DNA of 61,173 bases, filler included, from Bipalium vagum (GCA_037834085.1; 3 parts of 3 records of this genome joined end to end with filler, not necessarily neighbours in it); one strand, 5' to 3'; shown: positions 13,001 through 25,400, numbered from the whole stretch's first letter. Notes: generated from the letters alone by a model not told the origin. Numbers and translations are program-made.

Positions 13001-14833
13001 TTCAAATTGAGAGTTTCGTCAGAGATGACTCTTTCTTTTTCATTTGTAAAAGATCGTCCAAATCTGAAACAATTCCGTATTGTCAGGCACTTTTTTCTAT
13101 AACAGAGCTATAACATGGAGTGCCTGTAGAATATCCATTTTACTACCTAAACCATTGGATTCTATATATTCTAAATTCATGAAAATGTTTTCAAAGTTCT
13201 TAAAATTCTTTGATCTCATGGTTAGATAAAACATGAAGTTAGAGAGTAAAATCAGGGCTGGCAAAATTAACTGTTCTCCGATAATATGTGATTTACCTGA
13301 TTTTTCAATAAACAATGTTATTGTAAGACATTCGAAAAACATCATCGTTTCTTTGTGACGTTGAAGGGAATATTTTGTCCAGCGTTTTCTGAAAATTCTC
13401 TTTAAATGTTTGAAAATAATTCAAATCTTTATCTGTTTTATCAGAGTGACATCTTCTTAGATGATTTTCCAGCATAGTTGGAAAAGTTTTGGATTAACAA
13501 AAGACCAAATTAATCAAATCATCATAATATAGATCAATTGTATCGAAAGTCTTATTGTTGAAGATTGGAAACTCCAATCCATGAATTTAAATTTTTTCCT
13601 CGAAGTTTGAAATTGATTAAGTAAATCGGTTTTTAAAGTTTTACATTGTTATTTTGATTAAAAAATTAATCAAGTGCTAATTTAATTTACTAATTTTAAA
13701 TTAAAATAATTTATTGATCTAAAATCGTTTTCATAGCTGATGCATCCGCCCTCTTACAAGATTGTACCTAAAACACTAAAATTTCAACAGTAAGAATTAT
13801 TGATATAATTTCAAGTTTGACAAACTGTCACGATTTACAATCTCCGACTTTTATCGATTAAAAAAAATTTCACTTGTAATAGATTGTTTAAAATAGTTCA
13901 AGAATACCATCGATGTGTAATTTACTCAAGCTATTTTATATTTAGAAACCAAGGATAACGTAAATAGAATTAGTACATGGATAGATTTTTTTAACAGAAA
14001 GTATTATTAAATTCATATAAAAAAGATAAAATATAACAATTGTGTTAATAATAAATCGATACATTTAAAAATATTATATTATAACTGTAATTTACAAATT
14101 GTAAAATTTTATTCATATAACGATTTACTAAGGAAAATTTTACATAAACCTTGATTAACATCTTCACATTACATTCCAAGTAAAAGACTCTATTGGTGTA
14201 TGTTTTTAATATTTATAAATACCAGGTAAAATACAAATTTATAAGTTTTATTAAAAAAATTGATTAAATCATATTTTAACAAACCTTGTCTTTCAGAACA
14301 TCAAGGTTGTCAATACCCACTACGCGTACTTTTCCACTGGATTCACAATTCTTTAATATTATGATCATAAACTGTTTAGTATAATAAATAACATACAACA
14401 TAGCTCTCTACTCGAATAAAATCAACTGACACTGCAACTGAATTCGGTTTCGTTCTGTTTTCATGATCAATTGCATTTAACAAATCAGCATAGAATTTAA
14501 ATCCTCCCTTCAATACACAAAGGGTTGTCAAGCTTTTAGCATCAGTTAACCAACTCTGAGTAATATCTACAGCTAGTTTTTCAATTCTTAAATTAATATT
14601 TCATCATTTCACCAACATTGACACATATCTTCATCTTACCTATCTTTTATTACACCATGTGGTATAAGAACATTAAACAATACATCTTCATAATGTGATG
14701 CAATACAAAAAGTTGTTAAATCATAGCCTTTCCATTCATCTTCTATCTATATAAAGAGAATTGTTCAAATTTCATTAAACACTTCTTTTACCTTTATATA
14801 ATCAGAATGTTTAATACTTTTTAAATTTGTCAT
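1023..14833 (-). CDS. HPRT: Hypoxanthine-guanine phosphoribosyltransferase, 8 exons, 229 aa
   Basis: Spliced by hand: complement(join(14792..14833,14640..14746,14397..14586,14285..14350,11696..11796,7015..7061,5208..5284,1023..1082)), 690 nt, all introns GT-AG, frame intact. Motifs [85 protein letters not shown]. Not in the supplied ORF track. Confidence 0.97.
1166..2402 (+). mobile_element. Decayed near-full-length Tc1-family DNA transposon in HPRT intron 7
   Basis: Imperfect TIRs CAGTCTGAAACATTAAATTGCCCAGTA / tactggaaaatttaatgtatcagattg with TA on both sides. Frameshifted transposase motifs [31 protein letters not shown]. Confidence 0.92.
3343..3640 (-). mobile_element. Possible pogo/Tigger transposase fragment (CENP-B-type HTH)
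   Basis: LKTWLN...[12 protein letters not shown]...KSPNGCLE resembles the Tigger HTH; heavily decayed. Confidence 0.35.
3870..4200 (+). mobile_element. Mariner transposase remnant
   Basis: ILYHDNA motif at ~4010-4030 within a decayed frame. Confidence 0.45.
5208..5284 (-). CDS. HPRT: HPRT exon 7
   Basis: (F)[25 protein letters not shown]; 77 nt. Confidence 0.97.
7015..7061 (-). CDS. HPRT: HPRT exon 6
   Basis: (S)[15 protein letters not shown]; acceptor TTTCAG, donor GTAAG; 47 nt. Confidence 0.95.
10250..10760 (+). mobile_element. IS630/Tc1-like (DDE_3) transposase remnant
   Basis: [22 protein letters not shown] matches the LPxYSPxLNPIE signature. Confidence 0.7.
10930..11420 (-). mobile_element. 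Mariner transposase fragment in HPRT intron 5
   Basis: [20 protein letters not shown]...[14 protein letters not shown]...[11 protein letters not shown]. Confidence 0.9.
11696..11796 (-). CDS. HPRT: HPRT exon 5 (PRPP-binding loop)
   Basis: [33 protein letters not shown]; donor AG|GTAAGT. Confidence 0.96.
11974..12520 (-). mobile_element. Tc1/mariner-superfamily fragment, rosa/maT-like (DD41D/DD37D type), 3' half with TIR
   Basis: [44 protein letters not shown]; terminus TA-AAGGGTATCTCA at ~11972. Confidence 0.85.
13200..13560 (-). mobile_element. hAT (Buster/Charlie-like) transposase N-terminal fragment
   Basis: [16 protein letters not shown], preceded in another frame by [20 protein letters not shown]. 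Confidence 0.75.
14285..14350 (-). CDS. HPRT: HPRT exon 4
   Basis: [22 protein letters not shown]; 66 nt; donor GTTTGT. Confidence 0.93.
14397..14586 (-). CDS. HPRT: HPRT exon 3
   Basis: RIEKLAVDI...[15 protein letters not shown]...[12 protein letters not shown]; donor GTATGT. Confidence 0.96.
14640..14746 (-). CDS. HPRT: HPRT exon 2
   Basis: [35 protein letters not shown]; 107 nt; AG/GTAAG boundaries. Confidence 0.95.
14792..14833 (-). CDS. HPRT: HPRT exon 1 ([14 protein letters not shown])
   Basis: ATG at 14833, donor AAG|GTAAAA, 45-nt intron, in frame with exon 2. Confidence 0.8.
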
Positions 14834-16981
14834 GTAAATAATAATAATTCAAGATATGTTACAGGTTTTGTAAAAAATGCAAATTTCAAAATATTTGAAA
14901 AGTAAAACCACTCAAGGAGTAATTTCATAAATATTCAAACTTATTAATTTCAATAAACAAAATAATTAAATTAATTTCTTTTATTCATATGTATGAAATC
15001 AAAGTAATACATTAAAAAAATAAACGCTAAGTACTTATTCTTTTTTAAGGAAATATAAATTTATTCTATTAATTATTTTAATTAAATTTAAAAATTATAA
15101 TTTATGTAAAAGTCATAATTAAAATATTCCAAAATATTTTTTACATATAATTTATATAAGATCATAAATAAAATTCTTTATGAAGTTATTATGATAAAAT
15201 TCATCTTTTCTTCTCAGATAAAAATTTTGAATTATCAAATATTTTTTCTCTTGTAATAATTTTTAATGATCTTGAAATTTTAAATTTATTAAGTCAGAAG
15301 CTAAAATATATTTTGAATTTATTTTATCAAAGCTATTTATAATTTTTCGATTTTAAATATCATTCATTTCATTTAACATTTTCTAATATATATGGTTTTA
15401 ATTATATATATTTTTTTTTGGATCACCATATAAAAATGGTCATAATGGTAGATTATGGTTTAAATTAGAATTTTTATGATTTTAACTGCTTTAATTTAAA
15501 TACATGCTGATGTTAGCTTTATATTTTATTTAAAAAATTCTTACAAATGCATTTTATCAAAATACATTTGTTATAATAAGGTGTTTTTTAAATTGTGATG
15601 TTTTCTCTAATATTAAATTATTCTAAGGATTAAATTAATTTTTAAATTAAAATCTACATCTACTTTTTACTAATGGTTAAGTAATTTATTTTTAATTATA
15701 GAAAATGTTTGTTAAATATGACTAAAATATCTGAGGTTGACTGTTTCTTAAAATTTGTTTGGTCATTTGAAATGTAAATAAAATATGTTTTACTAGTTTT
15801 TATTTCTGTTTCAAAATAACTTTAACTTACAGTAGAGAAAATATGTGAAATGAATACCAAAAAGTTAGAATTGTTACTATTGAACCTTGACACAGTAACG
15901 TGCGCTTGTGTACCATTAACTCCTCACTTTAAAAATGTTGTGTTAGATTCTATCAATAAAAAACTACTGAATCAAAACACCCAAAATAATATTTTATCCG
16001 CTCTCTGTGAACTGAATCAAAGCTTCCACAATAAAACTTTATTTGCAAAACGCAATGATAGTTAAATATAACGATCACAACCACAAGTCACTGTATAAAT
16101 CACCCAATAATCATGAAGTTCAATAACAAAAAATTTCGTCAAAAATAATCATAAAAATAAATACAATTACTGTTATAATGAAAGAGGTGAAAGAAGTGAT
16201 TGCAAAAAAATGGTCTCACTAAGAGCGACAAGGGGTCCCCAGGTCGCCCTCCAGGCCCTTGACAGGTCACTTAGGGGTTCCCAAGCTCGCTTGGTCTTCA
16301 TGCGTAGTCCAATTGTTAGAAGACCTGGAATAATCGGATCGCCGGCTTGGGCTTCGATCACCAATCCCTACGATTCAAGACGGCTATTTCCATAAATAGC
16401 CTCTAATTGCTATCTCTGTCTCCACAACGAGACAAAAGGAATTATTAACTCCCATGAAGAATTGTAATTTCCCCTTTTCAAACTCGACGCTGAGGTTGAT
16501 CTTTAACCTTTTATTATTACTTTATTGTTATTATTATTATTATTGTGAACTTATTTTTTTATTATAATTCAACAATAATCCCGATTTGTATTGATTTGCA
16601 GAGCCTAGAGTCGATATCTCTCCACATCACAATGTGTAGAGGACAATATTTTAGTACTAAATTATTGATCCGGAATTTAATCAAGAAGAACCAATGCGCT
16701 GCAGAGAGTGTATTGTTCATCAAGATTTTATCGAAAACTCATTGAGGAACAACCAAAAAGCCGACCTTGGTCCACGTGACTCATTCACCTGTTGAAGACC
16801 TTGATGAAAAGTCATTGTGGTCTCATCTATATTCTTATATCCGATAAAATAACTCGTCAACTCACCGTTAGTCAACTTCCTTGTTATTTTTAGCTGTACC
16901 TCCTTCTCTGAAACCCGTACTTTGTTCCACCATATGCTCTGTGCATAGTAGTCGCTATTGATGTTATCGCTGAGCTAATTC

Positions 16982-18310
16982 TTACTCGATATGAAACTTA
17001 TGAAACTTAGGTTTAGATTTCAAAATTTCAGAAGTGGAAATATAATCTTTTTCATTATCTTTTAATTTTAGCTTTTGAAGATTTTTAGATGCGTCATTAG
17101 GAGTTATTCTAGTTGATGAGTCGATTTTATAATTATAAAAATTAATTAAGTTTGGTAAAAGATGCAACCATTTTCGATTTCCCTGTTGCGTAAATTTTTT
17201 AAACAAATTTTTTAAGAGTTCTATTGAATCTTTCAATTACCATTCTCTGCTGAATAAATTTCTATTTTATTATCATCACAAAGCATGACGAGTATATAAA
17301 TCGATAACTGTTAGAATTATTTTATAACCTCTTTCTCCAGGGACGAAAATTAAATCTGCAGACCAAATATCATCTTTATTATTAACTTTAACTTTTAAGA
17401 AATTTTCAGTTTTACGAAATCCTTTATGAGGATTATTTGCTAATTGTTTACTTTTTTCAGGAGAAAGAATTTTTGAGTCTTCAAATAGTTTTTCATTAGC
17501 GAGCAACTTTGATTCTCTTGTTAAACTTAATCGTAAAGCAATTTTTTTTATAATTTATTTTACAATTGCTCTTTCAAGTTTTTCTCTTGTAGTTGGATTT
17601 GAAATATTATTCATTTCATGAATCATTTCTACATATGCAATATGCCGATCTTGTAAATCTGTTGAAATATTTTACAACATGTTTTATTTCTGCTTGATCT
17701 ATTCGATTTATTGGAATTGAATCAGGTTTTGGAATTAGAAGAATATTTAAAGTTTTATTTTCTTCATAATTATTTACTATCTCATTATGGTTTTCTAATC
17801 TTTTATCAACATTTGTGTCTGGTTCTGTGAAATTGTGCATTGGATTGGTTTATTTAAAAGGATTTAAAGTTTTTAAATTTCATGCACTTGGATATTTTCC
17901 TGTTGGATATTTATTTTAAAATTTGTTGTTTGTAATTTGAGATTGTAAGTCACCTCCAACTTTGGGAAAAAATTGGAAATTTTTCTTGGATATTTTGAAT
18001 ATTCAAATTTTTATTTTTAGTCGTTAATAAAATTTTTTCAGTCGCTGTATTTTATTGATGTCTTTTTTTAGCCGTTGATTTATTCGTTGATGTCGTTGTT
18101 TTTTCGTTGTTTTCGTTGAATATTTTTCTCATGTATTTTGGTATCTTCATGATGACTTATTTTTTTAGAAATATCTTTTTCACAAATTTCACAATACCAT
18201 TTTCAGTCATTTTTTATAAAAGAAAAAAGGTTTTTGTTTTTCATTTTAAAGAATAAATTTGATTTTTTAGTGATTTAAAAAAGTAGTGAAAGAAAGTAGT
18301 GTGTAATACC
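16982..18310 (-). mobile_element. Polinton/Maverick (adintovirus-like) remnant 1: ZnF-PLA2-integrase pseudogene
   Basis: Decayed frame: WYCEICEKDISKKISHHEDTKIH; GGDLQS; HNFTEPDTNVDKRL...PINRIDQAEIKHVVKY...DRHIA; DDIWSADL...ILTVIDLYTRHA; KWLHLLPNLINFYN...ITPNDAS...KPKFH. Confidence 0.88.
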
Positions 18311-18559
18311 AGTCTTTGAGGAGAGGATTCCCATTTTAAAAAAAAAAACATGCCTGAATATTTTGATAAAATATTTTATGTATTTTAAATATTTGGCACA
18401 TTTTATACATTTTGTTTATGCATTTGTTCAGAAACATCAATTTTTAAGTCATTTTGAATACAAGACTAAAACGTCAATAAAATATCTTTTATTTACATTT
18501 CAAATGATCAAATACATAATAATAAAAAGTCAACCTCATGAACAATCGCAATACTCGAA

Positions 18560-18900
18560 TTCAGTTCCTTGTACTCATGCCTTTATTTTTAATGGCCTCT
18601 TGCATCCTTTTTGGCATGCTTTCATATAGATTTTTAATTTTAGATGTTGGAATCATTGCCCACTGATCCTTCAAATTCTTCCACATGCCTCAATATTTGT
18701 CGGTCTACAGCTATGAACTCTGGCTTTTAGGTCAGCCCACAACGGCTCAATTATATTCAAATCTGGCGATTGACCCAGCCAATCACTGAGTACGCAGATT
18801 TTTTTCATATTCAAAAAAGAAGACACCAATTTTGATTTGTGGCATGCAGCTCCGTCTTGTTGAAATATATTCTGTGCATCATATATTTGGAGCAAATTAT
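18560..18900 (-). mobile_element. Tc1 transposase C-terminal fragment
   Basis: IFQQDGAACHKSK...DWLGQSPDLNIIEPLWADLK. Confidence 0.9.
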
Positions 18901-19689
18901 GGAATTATAACTTAACATCATGTAAAGATATCGCAGCGTAGGACTAGAGGTTATCAAATGTCTCACTAAACATGCTTCTTGAATTGAAAGAGCCAGTATA
19001 AACGAGGTTTTTATAGATTTAACTTGTACATAAATTATGTGAATTTGTTGATTTTAATTTTATCAATATAAGTATGAATTTTTTGTTCAAAAATTGTTTA
19101 AAGGCAATCCCTATTTTTGATCAATTATCTAAGAAACTTAATAAATTAATGGATATATAAATGATCTTATAGTACAGTGAGAATGGCTGGTGGAGATCGC
19201 GCTAAGTCATTTGTGATTGGGTGTGATTTCCAGTAGCAATTTTCACTCTACTATATGGAATTTGGTTTTTGGATCAGAAAAATAGCAAAGGAAATATTTT
19301 TTGAATACCTTATTATTCAGTGTTAAGCTAATCTTATATAATATTTAAAGAATATATTTTAGGTCGTTTCACTGTAAAATGTAGTTCTAGCTTGTTGTGC
19401 TTCCATACTTTCAATACAGTCTTAAATTAATTATCCTTGTATACAATCCCCAAATATTATTGAAAGTTAAGGATATATAAAAAATGTTGTTTATTCAAAT
19501 TTAATTGAAGAATTAAAATAGTAAAAGTTAATAATTAATTATAATTTTTTTACTTTGTGGACTTTAATATAATGTCAATTTTGTTTTATTTTAACAATAT
19601 TACAAACATTTGTTGAGAAATTTCTATGAATACTATTACTGGTTAATAATAAAAATAAATATTTTTTTATTATCGAAAAGTTAATTGAT

Positions 19690-20164
19690 ATGAAAATAAT
19701 GTTATTATTTTTAATATGTTATCTCCCTTTTCTTTGGATATGGACATCATCAACTCAAGTTCAATTATTATCCCGATATATGAAAACTAGCCAGTCAAGC
19801 ACGAATTTAAATATGACAAGTAATTTAGCTGTGGATGGAAAATATATTGAAGAGCTCAATTCACAACCATGCTTTGAAACAGTGCAATCTGATGAAAAAG
19901 GATGGTGGATAGTAGATCTTGGAGACCTTTTCAAAATAAGTCATATTCTTTACTACAACAAAAAGGATTGCTGTGAAACAATGGATATACAAATGAATAT
20001 AGAGTTGTTGAATCATGACAATACATCTACTTACTTATGTCATAAAATAGCTGGTTTTCAATTAATTTATAATATCAGTTGTAATTGGGAAATTGGACGA
20101 TATATCAGAGTATCCTCAACAAATACGAATTCGATTTTCATTTGCGAGTTAGATTGTTTTGGAA
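19690..20164 (+). CDS. Secreted F-type lectin (FTP / F5/8 type C-like) domain protein, first coding exon
   Basis: Hydrophobic signal peptide; SQSST, LAVDG, CFET, WWIVDLG, YNKKDCC, C, GRYIRV, ICELDCFG pattern. Consensus donor A|GTAAGT directly after the domain (phase 1); if unspliced the ORF ends at 20187. Downstream exons not found (gap follows). Confidence 0.85.
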
Positions 20165-20434
20165 GTAAGTCTTTAATTTTTCAATGAGGATTAAAAACGG
20201 TTGAATAAAATTTATTTATTAAAAAAATTAACATAGTGCGACAAATGTATCTTAACTATTCATGAAAAGCTTAACAGGTACAGGGTGTACCAATTCAAGT
20301 TTACATTTTAAAATTTTCAATGAAACAAGCAAAACCTATGAAACGTAGCAATATATTTACATACAGTTTGGTCCAACGAATTGTCCACCCCCTGATAAAA
20401 CAGAAAAAATCCGATAATAACATTTATTAATAAA

Positions 20435-20534
20435 NNNNNNNNNNNNNNNNNNNNNNNNNNNNNNNNNNNNNNNNNNNNTTAATTAATTAANNNNNNNNNN
20501 NNNNNNNNNNNNNNNNNNNNNNNNNNNNNNNNNN
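20435..20534. other. Assembly gap with artificial TTAATTAATTAA spacer
   Basis: 44 N + TTAATTAATTAA + 44 N = 100 nt; identical structure at 45097. Confidence 0.97.
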
Positions 20535-22380
20535 ATATAGTTGACAGAGAATAGAAAGTCAGCCACATTAATAGCCATTATAAAAGCTATTGTTCAGTTA
20601 TACTCTCAATTGTCTAAAGATAAAAAATATGTATATCTAATTGTGAATCGTCAGAAGAATCAGTTATACCGGTGCTCATTTATGGAGAATAGAATCTATT
20701 TGAGGAAAAATTCAAATTGACGATCTAAAAGGTATATGTGGTACGGTTCTGCAATCAAGCTTTATGAATAAATACCGAAAACTAATACTCAAAGGAAGAA
20801 TCCCTGATCCATTTTTTGAATTATTAAAAATCAAAACGTAATACCACGGTTTTCCAAAAAGAAGTCTAGGGTGTATAATATAAAAAAACTTTTTTATAAT
20901 TACTTTTTCCTATTATTTATTTTTTTAATGGTTTATTAGTAAAACTTTTTAATTTTTGTCATATTTTTATTATGGCCAATAATTTCTATCATTTTCTTGC
21001 ACTGACCTTATTGGTGAAAATTATTAAATTAATTTTTTTATAGTAATAATAAAAAATTTTAACAATATTTATGAAATATATTTAAAGTGTTGTTAATTAA
21101 AAACTTTTTCTTTTATTTTTTTTATTATTATTTTTTTTATTATTGTTATTATTATTATTATTATTATTGTTATTATTATTATTATTACTGAAGGATCATT
21201 AGGACTGCACAGAGAGTTTATACTATCAAATTTGGACAACATTTAGGCTTCAGAATTAAGTTACATAGATGATGAAAAAAACAGACTTACAAATTCAAAT
21301 CCACCGTGTAAACCGACCGATATTTTTGTCCTGTTAAAATTATTGACTTTTCTGTCATTTCTTACTATGTAAATTAGCGTCCGTGTTTTGAATTTAAATT
21401 GATGACTTTTCCTAATTTTCATCTTCTAAACTTTTTACTGTAAGAATACTTTTTAATTTTTGTAAAATTAAATTTTCTTTTTATGTGTACCCTCAAATAT
21501 TTATAAAGAATTAAGTTTTATTATCTTTACAAAATATCATACAAAAATTAAAACAAATTATGTATAAATAATAATTATTTAAAATTTTATTATTAAATAT
21601 TATTATTATTAGTTAATTAAATGAATAGAAAAATATAAAATATTTATTTACTTTAATAGCAATATAAATAGATATAATTATTTTGTAATATTATCATACA
21701 TATGTTTGAGAAAATTAATTGATTTCATTTATTTAGAGCCATTAAATTATCCACAGTTTCCATTTGTTTTCTGAAATAAACGTACGTATTTCCATAGTAA
21801 TAGATAAAACAAACTTTAATTTCATTACCAAAATCCTTTTATCAAATATAATAAATTGTGGAAAAAATTATTTATTAAAACAAATAATTCAAATAAATCA
21901 AATCTTTACTCATTAAAAGGGAAGTTTATTGATGGTAAAATTTATTATTAATTAATAAATACAGTCGGAGTATTTTAGCTCTAATTCTTTATTCAGCAAT
22001 TTTTCTCTATTGCATTTTCAATTTTATGCTTTGGTCTAGACTGGGAAATTTATTTTTTGCCAATCATGTCCAAAATAATTTAGGGAATATTTCCGAAAAA
22101 ATTATTTGTATACATTGACTAATTTAATACGGGAAATCGACCGAGTTCAAAGCATAGGTGAGCTGGGATATAAGCTGCAATTCAACAGAATAATTACGTC
22201 GATGAGATGATATATATGTTTAGATAGATATAACGGTTTACAGAATTTACAGATTTGAAGAGATATTGCAATTAAATTCATTAATTGCTCCTCGGAATCA
22301 AGATTTCTTTTAATTGTTAATATTAAAGATGGTAAAAATTCATAATAATAAAAAAAATATTTGTAATGTGTTTTTTAATT

Positions 22381-23430
22381 ATTTATTAATGAATTTAGAA
22401 AGTAGACAGCTTTAATTGAAAAATAAATAATTATAGATATTTTTTGTAACAGAAATAAATATTTACTTCAACAAATAATTAAAAGCTGTTGCTAATATTT
22501 GAAAAAAATTATTCTCCAACTCTTTCTTCAGTTAAACAGATTATCTATTTTTTATTAAATTATTTGTTTAAATTAAAAAAATTTTTATTACTTTATTTGT
22601 TTATATTAAAATTAATTTGTGAAGATATCAGAAAGTTATTTTTTATTTTTGGTAATAATATACCGTAAAATGGAAATTCGGAAAAATTGTATTTTTTTTT
22701 ATTTATTTACAAATTTAGAAAATATACATCTTTTAATTGAAAAATAAATAATTATAAATATATTTTAAAAAGAATTAAATATTTATTTTTACATATTAAT
22801 CAAAGCTTTTCCTAATATTACAAAGAAATGTTCTCCAGTTTTATTTCAGTTAAACAAATTATTTATTTTTTATTAAATTATTTCTTTAAATTAAAATTTT
22901 TTTATTAAGTCATTTTTGTTTAATTAAAATTATTTTTTATTAAATTTTTAATTAAAAAGAATTTTTATAGATATCAGAAAGTTATCATTTTTTTCAGTAA
23001 TAATATACCGCAAAATGAAAATTTGGAAAAGTTGAGATATTTTTTTTATTTTTTATTTATTTACGAATTTAGAAAGTAGACATCTTTTAATTGAAAAATA
23101 GATAATTATAGATATATTTTTAAGAAGAATTAAATATTTATTTTTATACATTAATCAAAGCCTTTCCTAATATTACAAAAAAGTCTCAATTTTTATATTA
23201 GTTAAATAGATTATCTATTTTTTTACTAAATTATTTGTTTAAATTAAAAATAATTTTATTAAGTCTTTAGTTTACTTAATTAAATTTTTTAAAATTTTTT
23301 TTGTTAAATTTGTTTAAATCCAAATTCCTTTTTATTTATTTGTTTGTTTAAATTAACAATACTCGTATCGATATGAGAAATTATAATTTCAGTAATCATA
23401 TACTGTAAAAATGAAAATTTGGAAAAATTA
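22381..23430. repeat. Diverged tandem triplication, ~320-370 bp unit
   Basis: Units begin near 22381, 22701 and 23055 with atttattwacraatttagaaartakaca...ttaattgaaaaata and end near gtaataatataccgyaaaatg. Confidence 0.9.
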
Positions 23431-24109
23431 TTTTCAAGAAAGATTTTAATTATATAATAAATGATTAAAATTCAAAAAGAATTCCTTTGCAATAATTTTA
23501 CCTTTTTAAACACAGAAAAATTAATTTATCAAATGTTGAACATCACGCAATAAATATAACAAATATTATACACTTCATGGGACTTTAATAAAATTCAAAA
23601 TGATTTTTTAGAAATATAAATTTTAACAAGAATATTTCTAAAAATCATCTTTTAATTAATGTAAAAATATTATTTTTTTATTTATAACAACTCAGGCAAT
23701 TCAAATGATAAAATAATTGGACAATAAATTTCTTGAAATAAAATATTTCATGGAAAATAAACAGGCTTTGATTTAATATAATTATAACTTAATTAAGCCG
23801 TTTTGATAGAGAAAAAGACTTTGTTTTAATCGAATACGAATGATGAAAGAGCAACAGTTTGTTATTACAACTTGGATTTCGAATGATTAAGTGAACGATG
23901 TCAATCACTGATTGCATAGCGTTGACGATAATTTAAGTTTAATGTACTTTTGACGATTTGCTCGCTTCAATTTCTTTATAACATGAACCATTTCAGGAAA
24001 TTATCAGTAGACTTTGAATTATGAAAATGTAATTTACAAGTAATTATTACAGATTGAGTCACAATTTTAATTAATTATTCCATGTTTAATTAATTATATT
24101 TAATTGATT

Positions 24110-24334
24110 AATTAAAATGTAATGTTATTGATGAATTAAAATATAATATTATTGATGAATTAAAATATAAAATTTTGATAAATTAAAATATAATATTATT
24201 GATAAATTAAAATATAATATTATTGATGAATTAAAATATAATATTATTGATAAATTAAAATATAATATTATTGATGAATTGAAATATAATATTATTAATA
24301 AATTAAAATATAATATTATTGATGAATTAAAATA
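24110..24334. repeat. 24-bp AT minisatellite, about 9 copies
   Basis: Unit AATTAAAATATAATATTATTGAT(G/A). Confidence 0.95.
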
Positions 24335-24479
24335 GTGATTTAAAATAATTTAAAAGTAATAATAAAAGTATCGTTCCCGCAGATACATTATTATTTTTTA
24401 TTACAAAAAATTAAAATCAAAGAAAATGACAGCTTTCACCTGACAAAAGTATTGTTACTGTTTACCAATAAGGCTCTAA

Positions 24480-25400
24480 GTTATAGGCCAAGATTTATGT
24501 TTTCCATCAACGTGTTACTATTTATTTCGAAACCTATGTTTACAAACTTATAATTTCGACATATCAACCAAGAAAATTTTAACATCTTACAGGAGCTGTA
24601 AAATGAAAAAAAATATTGTCTCTACATTGATATGATCCAAATTTTATTAGAAAGATATTCTGATACGTTGAAGGGAATATACCTACATAATATTGGTCTG
24701 TGATAATTCGACAAATACGTTTAAGGTCTTAGACAAAAATGACAAAAACCACATATTAGACCAAAAACGACATTGAACTACAAAAAAATGATCTGTGGAT
24801 TCCTTTGAATCACGAAAACTATCCGAAAACACAGTGGGAGAATCGATGTCCACAGGTAATTTTGCAGTAAATAATGCTTTGGCACATATTCACTAAATTT
24901 TAAAAAATTAGTGAAGTCCGTTAAAATGTAACAATTAATTTCAATATTTATTAGCAAAAATTAACCAATTCGGATAAACATTGCAAAAGGAACGTGCAGA
25001 GATGGTAAATTGTGAAGGCATACTTTTATAAATTGTTATTATGCAGTCCACACATATATTTTGTCAGCAAGAAAAAATGATTGGAGCTTTATAGGGATGT
25101 TTTACTATATCCACCATATATTGTTGATATTACACCATCAGATTAACATTTATTTCGATCCTTGAAAAATTCGTTGGGTTAGGGTCTAAGTTTTAAATCT
25201 AAGTTTTAAATTGCATTTGGAATACTTTATAGAACAAAAAATCAAATATATTTTCGAAAGTGGAATTATGACATAACCTAAAAGATGTTAACATATTATT
25301 GAACAGAATGGTGCTTATATTTGTCAAAAGAAATTTTATTCTGTAAATATTTCTTTGATTTTATAATGAAAAATGCACCAGATTTCTGGACAATCCTATA
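24480..25400 (+). mobile_element. Decayed mariner element
   Basis: PPYIVDITPSD*HLFRSLKN (degenerate YSPDLAPSDYHLF) at ~25110-25170; TIR-like end at ~25370-25400; left boundary uncertain. Confidence 0.7.

Noticed and set aside
15850-16960. GC-richer block with short overlapping ORFs, possibly an LTR
   Set aside because: Could not establish TG..CA ends, TSD, PBS or protein motifs; left unannotated.
20479-20490. Palindromic TTAATTAATTAA in the middle of N runs (also 45141-45152)
   Set aside because: Identical 44N+12+44N layout twice; a six-frame-stop scaffolding spacer, not biology.
24110-24334. Regular 24-bp repeats resembling a CRISPR array
   Set aside because: No unique spacers, no cas genes, eukaryotic context; simple minisatellite.
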